Source: Candidatus Aenigmatarchaeota archaeon
GTDB lineage: Archaea > Aenigmatarchaeota > Aenigmatarchaeia > Aenigmatarchaeales > Aenigmatarchaeaceae
Assembly: GCA_043814985.1 (NCBI GenBank)
Contig: JBDRJK010000019.1
Location: forward strand, 56,561-120,560
Direction of reading: 5' to 3'
Length of the DNA stretch: 64,000 nucleotides
The stretch's first letter is position 1; every line of letters begins with the position of its first letter. Shown piece by piece: positions 8,878 through 18,146 of this stretch. The translations under genes were made by a program, and so were the position numbers. The notes under the pieces were generated by a model that saw nothing but the letters and a program-made list of their open reading frames with translations, ran no database searches and was not told where the DNA came from.

Positions 8878-9165
8878 GCTGTTTTTACTACTGGATGATA
8901 GTTTTATATATCACCTGAGCTTAATTATTATTACGGTTAAGTGATAAAGGTGTATATGTGTTTCAATTTCCAAAAGGTGACTTTGTGTTTAGAAAACTCA
9001 AACCAAAAAGACCCGTTGTGATAAGGAACTGCAATACTGTAAAAGTTTGCTATTATCATAAGGGAACTAAGACATGCTTGGGTCCTTTGTGCTACTGGCT
9101 CAGGATTGGCAGATGTCCTATTCATGATAGGATAATAATCAAAAGAGGCAAGTAATAAGGGTTTT

Positions 9166-10275
9166 TTAAGAAGAAATCAGAATCTTCAATGTTTTGAAAT
9201 CAGCATCAGTCTTTATGGCAGTTGGACAGAAATGAGTTCTTGACACCTTGAAGCCTTTTTTCTCAAGTTTTTTGAATAAATAATCCATTCTAGGTATCTT
9301 TGTTTTAAGGACCTTTGCCAGATAATGTAAATCATAGTAAAAGGCAGACATGTCAGCCTCATCTATTAATAGATTCAGGAGTTTCTCCTCTTGTTTCTCC
9401 AAATTGAAGTCCCTTTTTCTCAAGTCAGCAAGCACCTTCTTGCAGAACTTCCCATCTAGGATGCTTCCCAAGTATAAAGGACCAACTATCTTGAATTTTT
9501 CACCGCAAAAACACTTTTCCTTCAATTCTCCTTGCTCCCTATTGCCGCAGGAGCAGTCCATGACATAACCGAATTCCTTGAGTATGTCTTTCATTTTGCC
9601 CAGATGCTCTATTTTTCCATAAACTCTGAAATAGTGCTTTGTGGAGTGCATTAGTAATGGAACAAAGACCCTCTCTCTTTTTGACAGGGTCAGCATTATG
9701 TTGGTTATCAGTATCCTCATTCCCAGTTCTGGATAGTAATCTGTCTTCAAGGAACGGATTCCGTACTTTCTAAGGCATGTTAGAGGATAGGTTCCACATA
9801 GGGGAGCCTGATCAGTTGCAGTTACACAGAGAAAGCCTCTGTGGTATATTGACCTTGCAGCAGAATCAAGATAAGGTACGGGAGTTCCAAAGGGATCCAA
9901 ATCAATGACATTAAAGATGTTCTGATGAAAAAGAATATTCGCGTCTCCCTTGCTGGCCTTGCATTTCCTTGATAGCTTGTTCTCCTTTATGTTCTTTTTA
10001 ATTAGTTTCACAGCAACAGGGTTCTTGTCATTCAGGAAAACCTTTTCTATTCCCTTGATTTCCTTGGCATACCTTAACCCTCTTATACCAGTTCCTGCTA
10101 GGGCATCGCATATGGTTATCTTGTCCTCGAACTGCTCTTGGAAGGCATGTATTGCTGATATTGAGATGTCCCTCAGCAGCTCTGCCTCTGGGTTATAGAA
10201 TACAGGCACATCGTAAATTCTCCCCTCAGGAACCCAGAACTTTACTTTTCCTTCTTGGACTTTCTTCAGTTTCAT
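9166..10275 (-). CDS. trm1: tRNA (guanine26-N2)-dimethyltransferase Trm1
   Basis: FYNPEAELLRD, DALAGTGIRGLRYA SAM-binding motif, C-terminal Cys cluster; 369 aa. Confidence 0.85.
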   Translation of the reverse strand: MKLKKVQEGKVKFWVPEGRIYDVPVFYNPEAELLRDISISAIHAFQEQFEDKITICDALAGTGIRGLRYAKEIKGIEKVFLNDKNPVAVKLIKKNIKENKLSRKCKASKGDANILFHQNIFNVIDLDPFGTPVPYLDSAARSIYHRGFLCVTATDQAPLCGTYPLTCLRKYGIRSLKTDYYPELGMRILITNIMLTLSKRERVFVPLLMHSTKHYFRVYGKIEHLGKMKDILKEFGYVMDCSCGNREQGELKEKCFCGEKFKIVGPLYLGSILDGKFCKKVLADLRKRDFNLEKQEEKLLNLLIDEADMSAFYYDLHYLAKVLKTKIPRMDYLFKKLEKKGFKVSRTHFCPTAIKTDADFKTLKILISS

Positions 10276-10447
10276 AAAGAGAATTATGCCTTATCACTAT
10301 TAATTACCACTGCCAGTGGTAAAGGCTGTATTTATCATTTTTGGCTAAAGCTTTGAATAGTAATTTCATGAATTGTCGAATGTGCAAAAAAGATTTATAA
10401 GCATTAATTGACTACTAAGAATAAGTTGATTATCGAGGAGCTAAAAA

Positions 10448-11524
10448 ATGCCTGAAATTGACATCAAAAAATTCTTGCTGGAGAAAAAGCCCACTATTGA
10501 TAAAGTGGTTGAGAAGTGGATTCCCAAAAAATTTGACATGAATTTCATGGATTTTGTTTTTGGTAAAACAAGATACCAGTATAATGTTGATGTTGTTAAC
10601 AAGACTATTACCGAGCCCATTTGGGAGTTTTTGGAAAGGGGAGGAAAGAGATGGAGACCATCTTTGTTCCTTCTAGTTGTGGAGGCTTTGGGTGGTGACA
10701 AGGAAAAGGTCTTTGACTTTGTTGTGATACCAGAAATAATTCATAATGGGACTCTTTTTGTTGATGATATTGAGGACAGGAGCGAGTTGAGAAGAGGCAA
10801 GCCATGCATGCATTTGATGTACGGTATGGATGTGGCAATCAACACTGGCAACACTATGTATTATTTGCCTCTTTTGCCTCTGATCAAGCACAGAAAGGAT
10901 TTTGATTCAAACATACTTCTTAATGTTTACGAGACTTATGTCCAGGAAATGATAAACCTGGGTCTTGGGCAGGCCATGGACATAGCTTGGCATAATGGCA
11001 TATGCAATGCGGACAATCTCTCTGAGAAGGAATACTTACAGATGTGCGCTTTCAAGACAGGGACTTTGGCTAGGATGTCCGCCAAGATTGCTGCAATACT
11101 TTCAGGAGCTGATGACAAGCTTGTGGAAAATTTAGGCAATTATGCTGAGACAATCGGTATAGCGTTCCAAATACAGGACGATGTACTGAACTTGGTTGAG
11201 GGAGAGTTCACGGAGAATAAGGGGCTTGGTGAAGATATAACAGAGGGGAAGAGGAGCCTTTTGGTGATAAACACTTTAAACAAGGCAAGTCAAGAGGACA
11301 GGAAAAGACTTCTAGAGATTCTTGGCATGCATACTAATGTTCAGAAACTAAGGAATGAGGCAATATCCATAATCAAGAAATACGGTTCAATTGAGTATGC
11401 AAAGGAGAAGGCAAAAAAAATGATTATGGAGGCTTGGGAAGGCGTTGACAAACTTATTCCAGACTCGGATGCTAAGTTAAAGTTAAAGGCCTTTACTGAT
11501 TACTTGGTTGATAGAAAAATATAA
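10448..11524 (+). CDS. Polyprenyl diphosphate synthase (GGPP synthase-like) with N-terminal extension
   Basis: First DDxxD motif (FVDDIEDRSELRRGKP) and second (QIQDDVLN); SD-like GAGGAG upstream. Confidence 0.8.
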   Translation: MPEIDIKKFLLEKKPTIDKVVEKWIPKKFDMNFMDFVFGKTRYQYNVDVVNKTITEPIWEFLERGGKRWRPSLFLLVVEALGGDKEKVFDFVVIPEIIHNGTLFVDDIEDRSELRRGKPCMHLMYGMDVAINTGNTMYYLPLLPLIKHRKDFDSNILLNVYETYVQEMINLGLGQAMDIAWHNGICNADNLSEKEYLQMCAFKTGTLARMSAKIAAILSGADDKLVENLGNYAETIGIAFQIQDDVLNLVEGEFTENKGLGEDITEGKRSLLVINTLNKASQEDRKRLLEILGMHTNVQKLRNEAISIIKKYGSIEYAKEKAKKMIMEAWEGVDKLIPDSDAKLKLKAFTDYLVDRKI

Positions 11525-11535
11525 GGAGGAATAAT

Positions 11536-11688
11536 ATGGAGAATGACAATCTAAAAATGGTTTTAATAGATGCATCTGATGGACAGTGGGTAACTGTACC
11601 TAAACCAATTTACGAGACAGTAATAGAGGATAAGGGTTTCCTTGAAGGAAGACTTTATCTGTTAAGAAAAGAACATCCTAGTTTATAA
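11536..11688 (+). CDS. Small hypothetical protein (50 aa) with strong SD (AGGAGGA)
   Basis: Hand-translated MENDNLKMVLIDASDGQWVTVPKPIYE...; not in the ORF track (<60 aa). Confidence 0.3.
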   Translation: MENDNLKMVLIDASDGQWVTVPKPIYETVIEDKGFLEGRLYLLRKEHPSL

Positions 11689-11748
11689 TTAGCACCACCA
11701 AGGGTAGTAAATAAAATACATATTCCCTTAAATTGAATACTACATGTT

Positions 11749-12057
11749 ATGTTCCAAAAAATATCAGGAAACGTTTTAACTCCTGAAAAAATCAAAATTT
11801 TATTGAAGCTTAATAATATCATGATAAAGTTTTCCCCCTTCGAGGACCATACAGAGTTCGGCAGAAAGATTGAGGGTGAATTGAAAAAGAGATTCGGTAC
11901 ACATGGTTTGGAGTATGATTCAGAAAGTAACAAGTTTAGAGTCGAGGAAGGGAAAATCAGATGCATAACTCACGACTGTGGGAGCACCTGTTGCAGCGGT
12001 CTAGGAGATATTTTTTATGTTAGTGGAGAAGAACTTCAAGAGATTGCGAAAAACTAA
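11749..12057 (+). CDS. Hypothetical Cys-containing protein overlapping the mvk start
   Basis: ORF track only. Confidence 0.25.
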   Translation: MFQKISGNVLTPEKIKILLKLNNIMIKFSPFEDHTEFGRKIEGELKKRFGTHGLEYDSESNKFRVEEGKIRCITHDCGSTCCSGLGDIFYVSGEELQEIAKN

Positions 12058-13066
12058 GGCTTCTGCTCCAGGCAAGGTTATATTGTTCGGCGAACATGCT
12101 GTTGTCTATGATAAGCTAGGAATTGCCGCTTCTGTTGATTTGAATTGTCTTATTGAGGTTAGTACTAATAACGAGAATAAGGTTACCTATGAGATAAAGA
12201 AAATAGGAATGAAGAAGTCCATGACAAAGGAAGAGCTTTTCAATCTTTATGAAACTGTTGAAAGGCTCAAAAGAGAGGAAAGATTTGACGAAATAAAAGA
12301 ACTTCAAAAAAATGAAAAGCTAAACGCAGCCCTTTTCCTAATTTCTTCACTAATGAAGAAATACGGGTTTGTACCTATTGATGTGGTTGGTGATTCAGGC
12401 GTTACCAAGAACCTAGGTTCCAGTTCCTCAGCCTTTTCCGCGACTGCTATGGCAGTTTCAAAGTTTCTGGGAAAAGATATCTCTAAAGAGGATATTTGTG
12501 ATATGGCTTACCAGGGAGATGTGGTTGCTCATGGTGGCACGCCGTCGGGCATTGACAACTCCATTGTTACTTACGGTGGTTATATCCAATACAGGAAATC
12601 AAAGGGAATAAAACCTCTTGACATTAAGTTCAAGCTTCCTATAATTTTTGTGGACAGCGGTCAACCGTCCAGAACAGGTGAGACTGTTCCTTACATCAGG
12701 GACCAGAGAAATAAGAACAAGGAATTCGTTGACCAAGTTTTGGATAAGCTAGACAAAATCTCTATCCAAGCCTTGGACGCTCTGAAAGAAAATAAATTGG
12801 AATTGATAGGCAAGTTAATGCTGGAATATTATTCGGAATTGAAAAAGCTCAACATATCAACAGAAAAACTGGATGAGATAGTTGAGATCGCTATCAAGAA
12901 CGGAGCATTAGGAGCAAAACCAACAGGAGGATGGGGTGGAGGTTGCTGTCTGGTTCTTGCAAAGGATCAGGAACATGCAGATGAATTGGTAAAGATTTAC
13001 GAAGAGAACGGTTTTAATTCTTTCCAGACCAAAATAGGCGTAGAGGGTGTCAGGGAGATAAAATGA
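12017..13066 (+). CDS. mvk: Mevalonate kinase
   Basis: SAPGKVILFGEHAVVYD and GHMP-kinase motif LGSSSSAFSA; 349 aa. Confidence 0.85.
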   Translation: MLVEKNFKRLRKTKASAPGKVILFGEHAVVYDKLGIAASVDLNCLIEVSTNNENKVTYEIKKIGMKKSMTKEELFNLYETVERLKREERFDEIKELQKNEKLNAALFLISSLMKKYGFVPIDVVGDSGVTKNLGSSSSAFSATAMAVSKFLGKDISKEDICDMAYQGDVVAHGGTPSGIDNSIVTYGGYIQYRKSKGIKPLDIKFKLPIIFVDSGQPSRTGETVPYIRDQRNKNKEFVDQVLDKLDKISIQALDALKENKLELIGKLMLEYYSELKKLNISTEKLDEIVEIAIKNGALGAKPTGGWGGGCCLVLAKDQEHADELVKIYEENGFNSFQTKIGVEGVREIK

Positions 13067-13593
13067 GAATAGCAGTTGCAATTACAGGTGCTTCTGGCAG
13101 TGTTGTTGGTTTGAGATTAATAGAAGAACTAAAGAAGAAAGTTGAAGTTACAACAATAATATCAGATGCAGGTGAGAAAGTACTGAAAGAAGAGACAGGA
13201 ACTAAAATGAAAGCCGACTATGAGGAAGATGATATAGAGTCTCCCTTGGCGAGTAGCTCGAACATCGTAGATGCTTTCATAATATGTCCTTGCTCTGTGA
13301 AGACCCTGTCTGCAGTTGCCAATGGTTATACTAACAACCTTATTATCCGTTTGGCTGATATACAACTGAAGATGAGAAGGAAGTTGATATTGTGCATTAG
13401 GGAGACTCCCTTCAATCTCATGCACATAGAGAATATGAGAAAGGTTACCTTGGCCGGTGGAATCATAATGCCTTTGAACATCGCATATTATTCCAAGCCT
13501 AAAACCTTGGATGACGTTAATGATTTTTTTGTGGGCAAAGCTTTAGATTTAATTGGAATTGAAAACAAATTGTATAAGAGGTGGAAAGAATGA
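13063..13593 (+). CDS. ubiX: UbiX-family flavin prenyltransferase (prFMN synthase)
   Basis: MRIAVAITGASGSVVGLRLIE flavoprotein N-terminus; 176 aa; overlaps mvk stop. Confidence 0.8.
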   Translation: MRIAVAITGASGSVVGLRLIEELKKKVEVTTIISDAGEKVLKEETGTKMKADYEEDDIESPLASSSNIVDAFIICPCSVKTLSAVANGYTNNLIIRLADIQLKMRRKLILCIRETPFNLMHIENMRKVTLAGGIIMPLNIAYYSKPKTLDDVNDFFVGKALDLIGIENKLYKRWKE

Positions 13594-14840
13594 GTTTTAG
13601 AGGATTCATAAAAAAACTTGAAAATAACAATATGATTAAAAAAATCGAAGATGAGATTGATTTGAACTTGGGTCTTACCGGTTTTTTGAAAAATAAAACC
13701 CAGAGTTATGTTTTTGAAAACATAAGAGACTTTCCTAATTTTAAGATAGCCGCAAACCTTGTGACAGACAGAAAACATTTGGGCTTATCCTTTGATTGTA
13801 GTGAACAGGAAGTTGTAAAGAAGGTAGCCGATGCTATTAGAAATCCCGGAAAGTTGAATGAGGTAGACGATGCGCCATTTTTTGAGGTTGAAGCAAAACT
13901 ATCAGACCTACCAATACCTAGATATTTGCCTACAGATGGGGGTCCTTACTTATCGTCTGCTATTGTCTTTTCAAAAGATAAAGAACTTGGAGACAATGTT
14001 TCTTTCCATCGAATGATGGTAAAGGACGGAAGGATAATAATAAGGCTTGTTAAAAGACATACTTGGGAATTCTATGAGAGGTCAAATAGAAATTTGGACA
14101 TAGCGATATGCATAGGTCTTGACCCTGCTATTTTAGAGGCCGCTGCTGTATGCACAGATATAAGTGTATTTGAATTGCCAATAGCAAGCGCAATAATCGG
14201 AAAACCAATTGATGTTGTTAAATGTAGAACATGTGATTTGAAGGTTCCTGCTGAATCTGAGATAGTTATCGAGGCAACGATTACAGAGGAATGGGATGAC
14301 GAGGGGCCCTTCTTGGATATTACACTTACTCCTGACATAGTCAGAAGCCAGCCAGTGGTAAAGGTCAAAAAGATATTCCATAGGAAAAATCCTATATTTC
14401 ATGCTTTGCTTCCAGGCGGCTATGAACATGGAACAGTATGGAAAACGCCAACAGAGTCAGTCATGTTTAATGAAGTGAACAAAGTGTGTGCATGCAAGGA
14501 TGTCTTTCTAAGCTTTGGGGGATGCTCCCGTTTGCATGGGATGGTTCAGATAAAAAAGAAAAATAAGGAAGACGGACTAAGTGCTATAGAAGCTGCGTTC
14601 AAGGCGCATCCGAGCATGAAGCATGTGTTCATAGTTGATGAGGATATTGATATCTATGACATTAATGCAGTTGAATGGGCCCTTGCAACAAGATTCCAGG
14701 CAAAAACAGACTTGGTTATAAAACATGACTTAAAGGGTTCTACTCTGGATCCATCTTCTAGCAAGACGGGGAAGACATCCAAACTAGGGTTTGACTGTAC
14801 AATAAAAGGTGACCCAAAGGAATTCAGAAAAGTATTTTGA
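13581..14840 (+). CDS. UbiD-family decarboxylase (candidate trans-anhydromevalonate 5-phosphate decarboxylase)
   Basis: 419 aa UbiD-like; operon context between UbiX and AcnX genes. Confidence 0.7.
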   Translation: MERMSFRGFIKKLENNNMIKKIEDEIDLNLGLTGFLKNKTQSYVFENIRDFPNFKIAANLVTDRKHLGLSFDCSEQEVVKKVADAIRNPGKLNEVDDAPFFEVEAKLSDLPIPRYLPTDGGPYLSSAIVFSKDKELGDNVSFHRMMVKDGRIIIRLVKRHTWEFYERSNRNLDIAICIGLDPAILEAAAVCTDISVFELPIASAIIGKPIDVVKCRTCDLKVPAESEIVIEATITEEWDDEGPFLDITLTPDIVRSQPVVKVKKIFHRKNPIFHALLPGGYEHGTVWKTPTESVMFNEVNKVCACKDVFLSFGGCSRLHGMVQIKKKNKEDGLSAIEAAFKAHPSMKHVFIVDEDIDIYDINAVEWALATRFQAKTDLVIKHDLKGSTLDPSSSKTGKTSKLGFDCTIKGDPKEFRKVF

Positions 14841-14870
14841 TGAACTCCATATACAAAAATCGTCAATAAA

Positions 14871-15194
14871 ATGATTGTAATGATTGCTGGTAGGGGAAAA
14901 TATAAAGTTTGGCTAGAAAAGAAAAAGGTTGGCAAGGAGACAGTTTTATTTTTGTTTGGTGGAGAAAAACCGCATGTAGGCTGTGTTATAATAGTTGAAC
15001 CAAAGAGGAAAACTAAATTGATAAAATTTGATAACCATAAAGACTATATTGTTGCAAGACCTATTGCTGAAAAGTTTTGTAAAAAAACAAAGAGAAGAGT
15101 TGTTTGTGTTGCAGGAATCCATGTGGACAATGCGACAAAAGAAGAGATTAAGATTTTAGTTGACAACTGCAAAAAAATTGAGGAAAGGATATAG
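14871..15194 (+). CDS. Uncharacterised 107-aa protein embedded in the mevalonate operon
   Basis: ORF track; abuts the AcnX large subunit start (15195); no recognisable family. Confidence 0.4.
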   Translation: MIVMIAGRGKYKVWLEKKKVGKETVLFLFGGEKPHVGCVIIVEPKRKTKLIKFDNHKDYIVARPIAEKFCKKTKRRVVCVAGIHVDNATKEEIKILVDNCKKIEERI

Positions 15195-16391
15195 ATGGAA
15201 CTGACAAAAGAAGAGAGGGAAATGTTTGTTGGTGAAAGGGGAGAAGGCATACAAAAGGCAATGGAAATAATTGTTGCTTTAGGAAAGATATACAGTGCTG
15301 AAAGGCTCATAAGGGTTACAAGCGTTCAGGTTGCTGGTGTTAGCTACAAGAACCTGGGCGATGCTGGCATTGAATTTCTAGAGGATTGGGCAAGAAAGGG
15401 AGCAAAGATTTCTGTCAGAACTACATTAAATCCTGCAGGCATGGACTTGGAGAACTGGAAGAGATTAGGTTTCAAGGAAGAGTTTGCAAAAAAGCAGCTC
15501 AAAGTAATAGAGGCTTTCAAGAAGATAGGCATATCTCCTGTCTGCACATGCACACCCTACCTGATAGGCAACCTGCCAAAGTTCGGGGAGCATATTGCAT
15601 GGAGCGAGTCGTCTGCTGTTTCCTTTGCCAATTCTGTAATAGGAGCTAGGACCAACAGGGAAGGAGGTCCCTCTGCACTGGCAGCTGCAATAACAGGAAG
15701 GACAGCCTGCTATGGTTTTCATTTGAAGGAGAACCGCAAGGCAGACTTTGTCTTTGATGTGAAGTGCAAGGTTGATGGCTTCTCAGACTTAGGAGCTTTG
15801 GGGAACATTATTGGAAAATCTGTGAAAAACAAGGTACCATACATAATAGGTGTGAAAGAAGAGAATCAGGACAACCTGAAAGTTTTGGGAGCCTCAATGG
15901 CTGCTAGCGGTGCTGTAGCATTATACCATATTGATAATGTTACTCCTGAAGCTAAGATAAGGGACATGAGAAAGGAAGAATTCCAGACCATAGTCATTGA
16001 ATCCTTGGAAGAGGGCTACAAGTCTTTGAACTCTAACGAGAATGAGATAGACTTTGTTAGTATAGGATGCCCTCATGCTTCAGTTGATGAGATTAAGAAG
16101 ATATCAGAACTTGTCATAGGAAAGAAACTCAAGGCAGAACTGTGGGTCACAACCTCAAAACATGTCAAAAAGCTGGCAGACAAATATGTTAGGACAATAG
16201 AGCAAAGCGGCGGCAAGGTCCTAAGTGATACGTGTATGATTGTTGCACCAGTTGAGGATTTTGGTTTCAAGAATCTTGCCACAAACTCTGGCAAGGCTGC
16301 GTTCTATGCGCCTTCTTATTCTAAACTCAATGTCAGGTTCGGCTCGCTTGAACAATGTATTAATGCAGCATTAACAGGTAGATGGGAATGA
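15195..16391 (+). CDS. Aconitase X (AcnX) large subunit, phosphomevalonate dehydratase
   Basis: 398 aa; AcnX-type catalytic domain; coupled to the small subunit downstream. Confidence 0.75.
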   Translation: MELTKEEREMFVGERGEGIQKAMEIIVALGKIYSAERLIRVTSVQVAGVSYKNLGDAGIEFLEDWARKGAKISVRTTLNPAGMDLENWKRLGFKEEFAKKQLKVIEAFKKIGISPVCTCTPYLIGNLPKFGEHIAWSESSAVSFANSVIGARTNREGGPSALAAAITGRTACYGFHLKENRKADFVFDVKCKVDGFSDLGALGNIIGKSVKNKVPYIIGVKEENQDNLKVLGASMAASGAVALYHIDNVTPEAKIRDMRKEEFQTIVIESLEEGYKSLNSNENEIDFVSIGCPHASVDEIKKISELVIGKKLKAELWVTTSKHVKKLADKYVRTIEQSGGKVLSDTCMIVAPVEDFGFKNLATNSGKAAFYAPSYSKLNVRFGSLEQCINAALTGRWE

Positions 16392-16765
16392 AGGGAAGAA
16401 TAATAAAATTTGGAGATGTGGAAGGAGAGGCTATTGTCTCAAAAGAACCAATAAGCTTTTTTGGCGGCGTTGACCCGGATACTGGAATAGTTATTGAGAA
16501 AGGCCATTCTCTGGAAGGCAAAAACATCAAAGGAAAAATACTGGTCTTTCCCACAGGAAAGGGTTCCACTGTCGGTTCCTATGTCTTGTACAGGTTAAAG
16601 AAGAGCAATGTCGCTCCCTTGGGTATAATAAACGAGGAGTGCGAGCCCATAGTTGCTGTCGGTGCAATAATATCTGACATACCATGTGTTGACAAGATTG
16701 ACATAGGTAAGATAAATGATGGTGATATGGTCGTTATTGAGGGAGAGAAGGTTACCATCAAATGA
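16382..16765 (+). CDS. AcnX small subunit (DUF126 swivel domain) of phosphomevalonate dehydratase
   Basis: GEAIVSKEPISFFGGVDPDTGIV...LVFPTGKGSTVGSYVLYRL typical of PMDh small subunit. Confidence 0.75.
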   Translation: MGMKGRIIKFGDVEGEAIVSKEPISFFGGVDPDTGIVIEKGHSLEGKNIKGKILVFPTGKGSTVGSYVLYRLKKSNVAPLGIINEECEPIVAVGAIISDIPCVDKIDIGKINDGDMVVIEGEKVTIK

Positions 16766-16811
16766 CGATGCCATTAAAAAGGTATTAAAAGATTTGGACA
16801 TAAAGTGTATT

Positions 16812-17612
16812 ATGACGGACAACCTAATTTTGATCAAGCTCGGCGGCAGTCTTATAACAGACAAGAACACGCCCTTTACACCAAGACACGATGTTATCAA
16901 CAGACTGGCAAAGGAGATACACGAGGCCAGGCAGGAAAAGAAATTAAAGATTATTGTAGGACATGGTGGCGGTTCTTTCCCTCACAAGCCGGCAAAGGAC
17001 TATAGGACTAATGAAGGCATAGTGAACGGAGACAGTTTCAAAGGAATCTCTCTTGTCCAGGACGCGGCTTCTAAGCTTAATCGAATAATTGTTGATGCTT
17101 TGATAGATGCTGGCGAGAACGCTATTTCTGTGCAACCTTCTGCTTCCCTTATATCAGAGAACGGCAGGATAAAGGAGTGGTATCTTAAGCCAGTAACTGA
17201 GATGCTAAAAAATGATTTGTTGCCAGTACCTTATGGTGATGTTTCAATGGACACAAAAAAGGGCTGCTGCATAATATCCACTGAGGAGATTCTTAATTAC
17301 ATAGCAAAACATTCTTCTTTCAAGAAAATAATCCTTGCTGGTATAACCAATGGTGTGTATGAGAAAGACCCTACAATATACAAGGATGCCAAACTGATTC
17401 CTGAGATAAACTCGAAGAACTTCGAGGAAATCAAAAAATACCTTGGTGGCAGTACTGGGATTGATGTCACTGGAGGCATGCTCCACAGGGTAACTAGGAT
17501 ATTTGAGCTGTCAAAGTTCGGTACTGAATCTATTGTGATGAGCGGGGAAATAGAGGGCAACCTGAAAAGGGCTTTGCTTGGAGAAAGAGTAGGAACGCTT
17601 ATGAGATTGTGA
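16812..17612 (+). CDS. Isopentenyl phosphate kinase (amino-acid-kinase family)
   Basis: LILIKLGGSLITDK and GHGGGSF motifs; ATG at 16812 preferred (track start 16716 overlaps AcnX-S). Confidence 0.8.
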   Translation: MTDNLILIKLGGSLITDKNTPFTPRHDVINRLAKEIHEARQEKKLKIIVGHGGGSFPHKPAKDYRTNEGIVNGDSFKGISLVQDAASKLNRIIVDALIDAGENAISVQPSASLISENGRIKEWYLKPVTEMLKNDLLPVPYGDVSMDTKKGCCIISTEEILNYIAKHSSFKKIILAGITNGVYEKDPTIYKDAKLIPEINSKNFEEIKKYLGGSTGIDVTGGMLHRVTRIFELSKFGTESIVMSGEIEGNLKRALLGERVGTLMRL

Positions 17613-18139
17613 TTATGGAAGAGATAATTTCTGTTGTAGATGAGAAGGATATTTTACTGAGAGGAGAAGACAGGAAAAAAGTCCATGCTTCCACCTTTTG
17701 GCACAGAGGAATACATGTTTTTCTTTTCAATAAAAAAGGTGAGCTGTTAGTTCAATTGCGATCTCCAGACAAGGACAAATATCCCAATACTTTCGATTGT
17801 TCTGTCTCAGGTCATGTTGATTATGGAAATGGATATCTTGAGACCGCTAATAGGGAAATGAATGAGGAAGTTGGGCTGGATGGTTTAGATTTGGAACTGC
17901 TTGTGCATTTCAGGATGGTTTATGGTGATAGGGATTATATGATAAGCAAGCTTTTCAGGTGCGAATATGGTGGTGAGATAAAACCGAATGAAGAAGTTTC
18001 AGAAATAAAATTCTTGAAGATGGATGAACTGAAAAAAGCAATAATTGAGAAGCCTGATATGTTTACTCCTTGGTTTGTGGAAATGTTAAAATGGCATTTT
18101 AAGATGGAAAATAAGTTGCATATTCTTAAGGTTTATTGA
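17609..18139 (+). CDS. Nudix-fold protein resembling type 1 IPP isomerase (IDI-1)
   Basis: HRGIHVFLFNKKGELLVQLRSPDKDKYPNTFDCSVSGH..REMNEEVGL and C-terminal TPWFVEML align with IDI-1 conserved blocks. Confidence 0.5.
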   Translation: MIMEEIISVVDEKDILLRGEDRKKVHASTFWHRGIHVFLFNKKGELLVQLRSPDKDKYPNTFDCSVSGHVDYGNGYLETANREMNEEVGLDGLDLELLVHFRMVYGDRDYMISKLFRCEYGGEIKPNEEVSEIKFLKMDELKKAIIEKPDMFTPWFVEMLKWHFKMENKLHILKVY

Positions 18140-18146
18140 GAATTTT

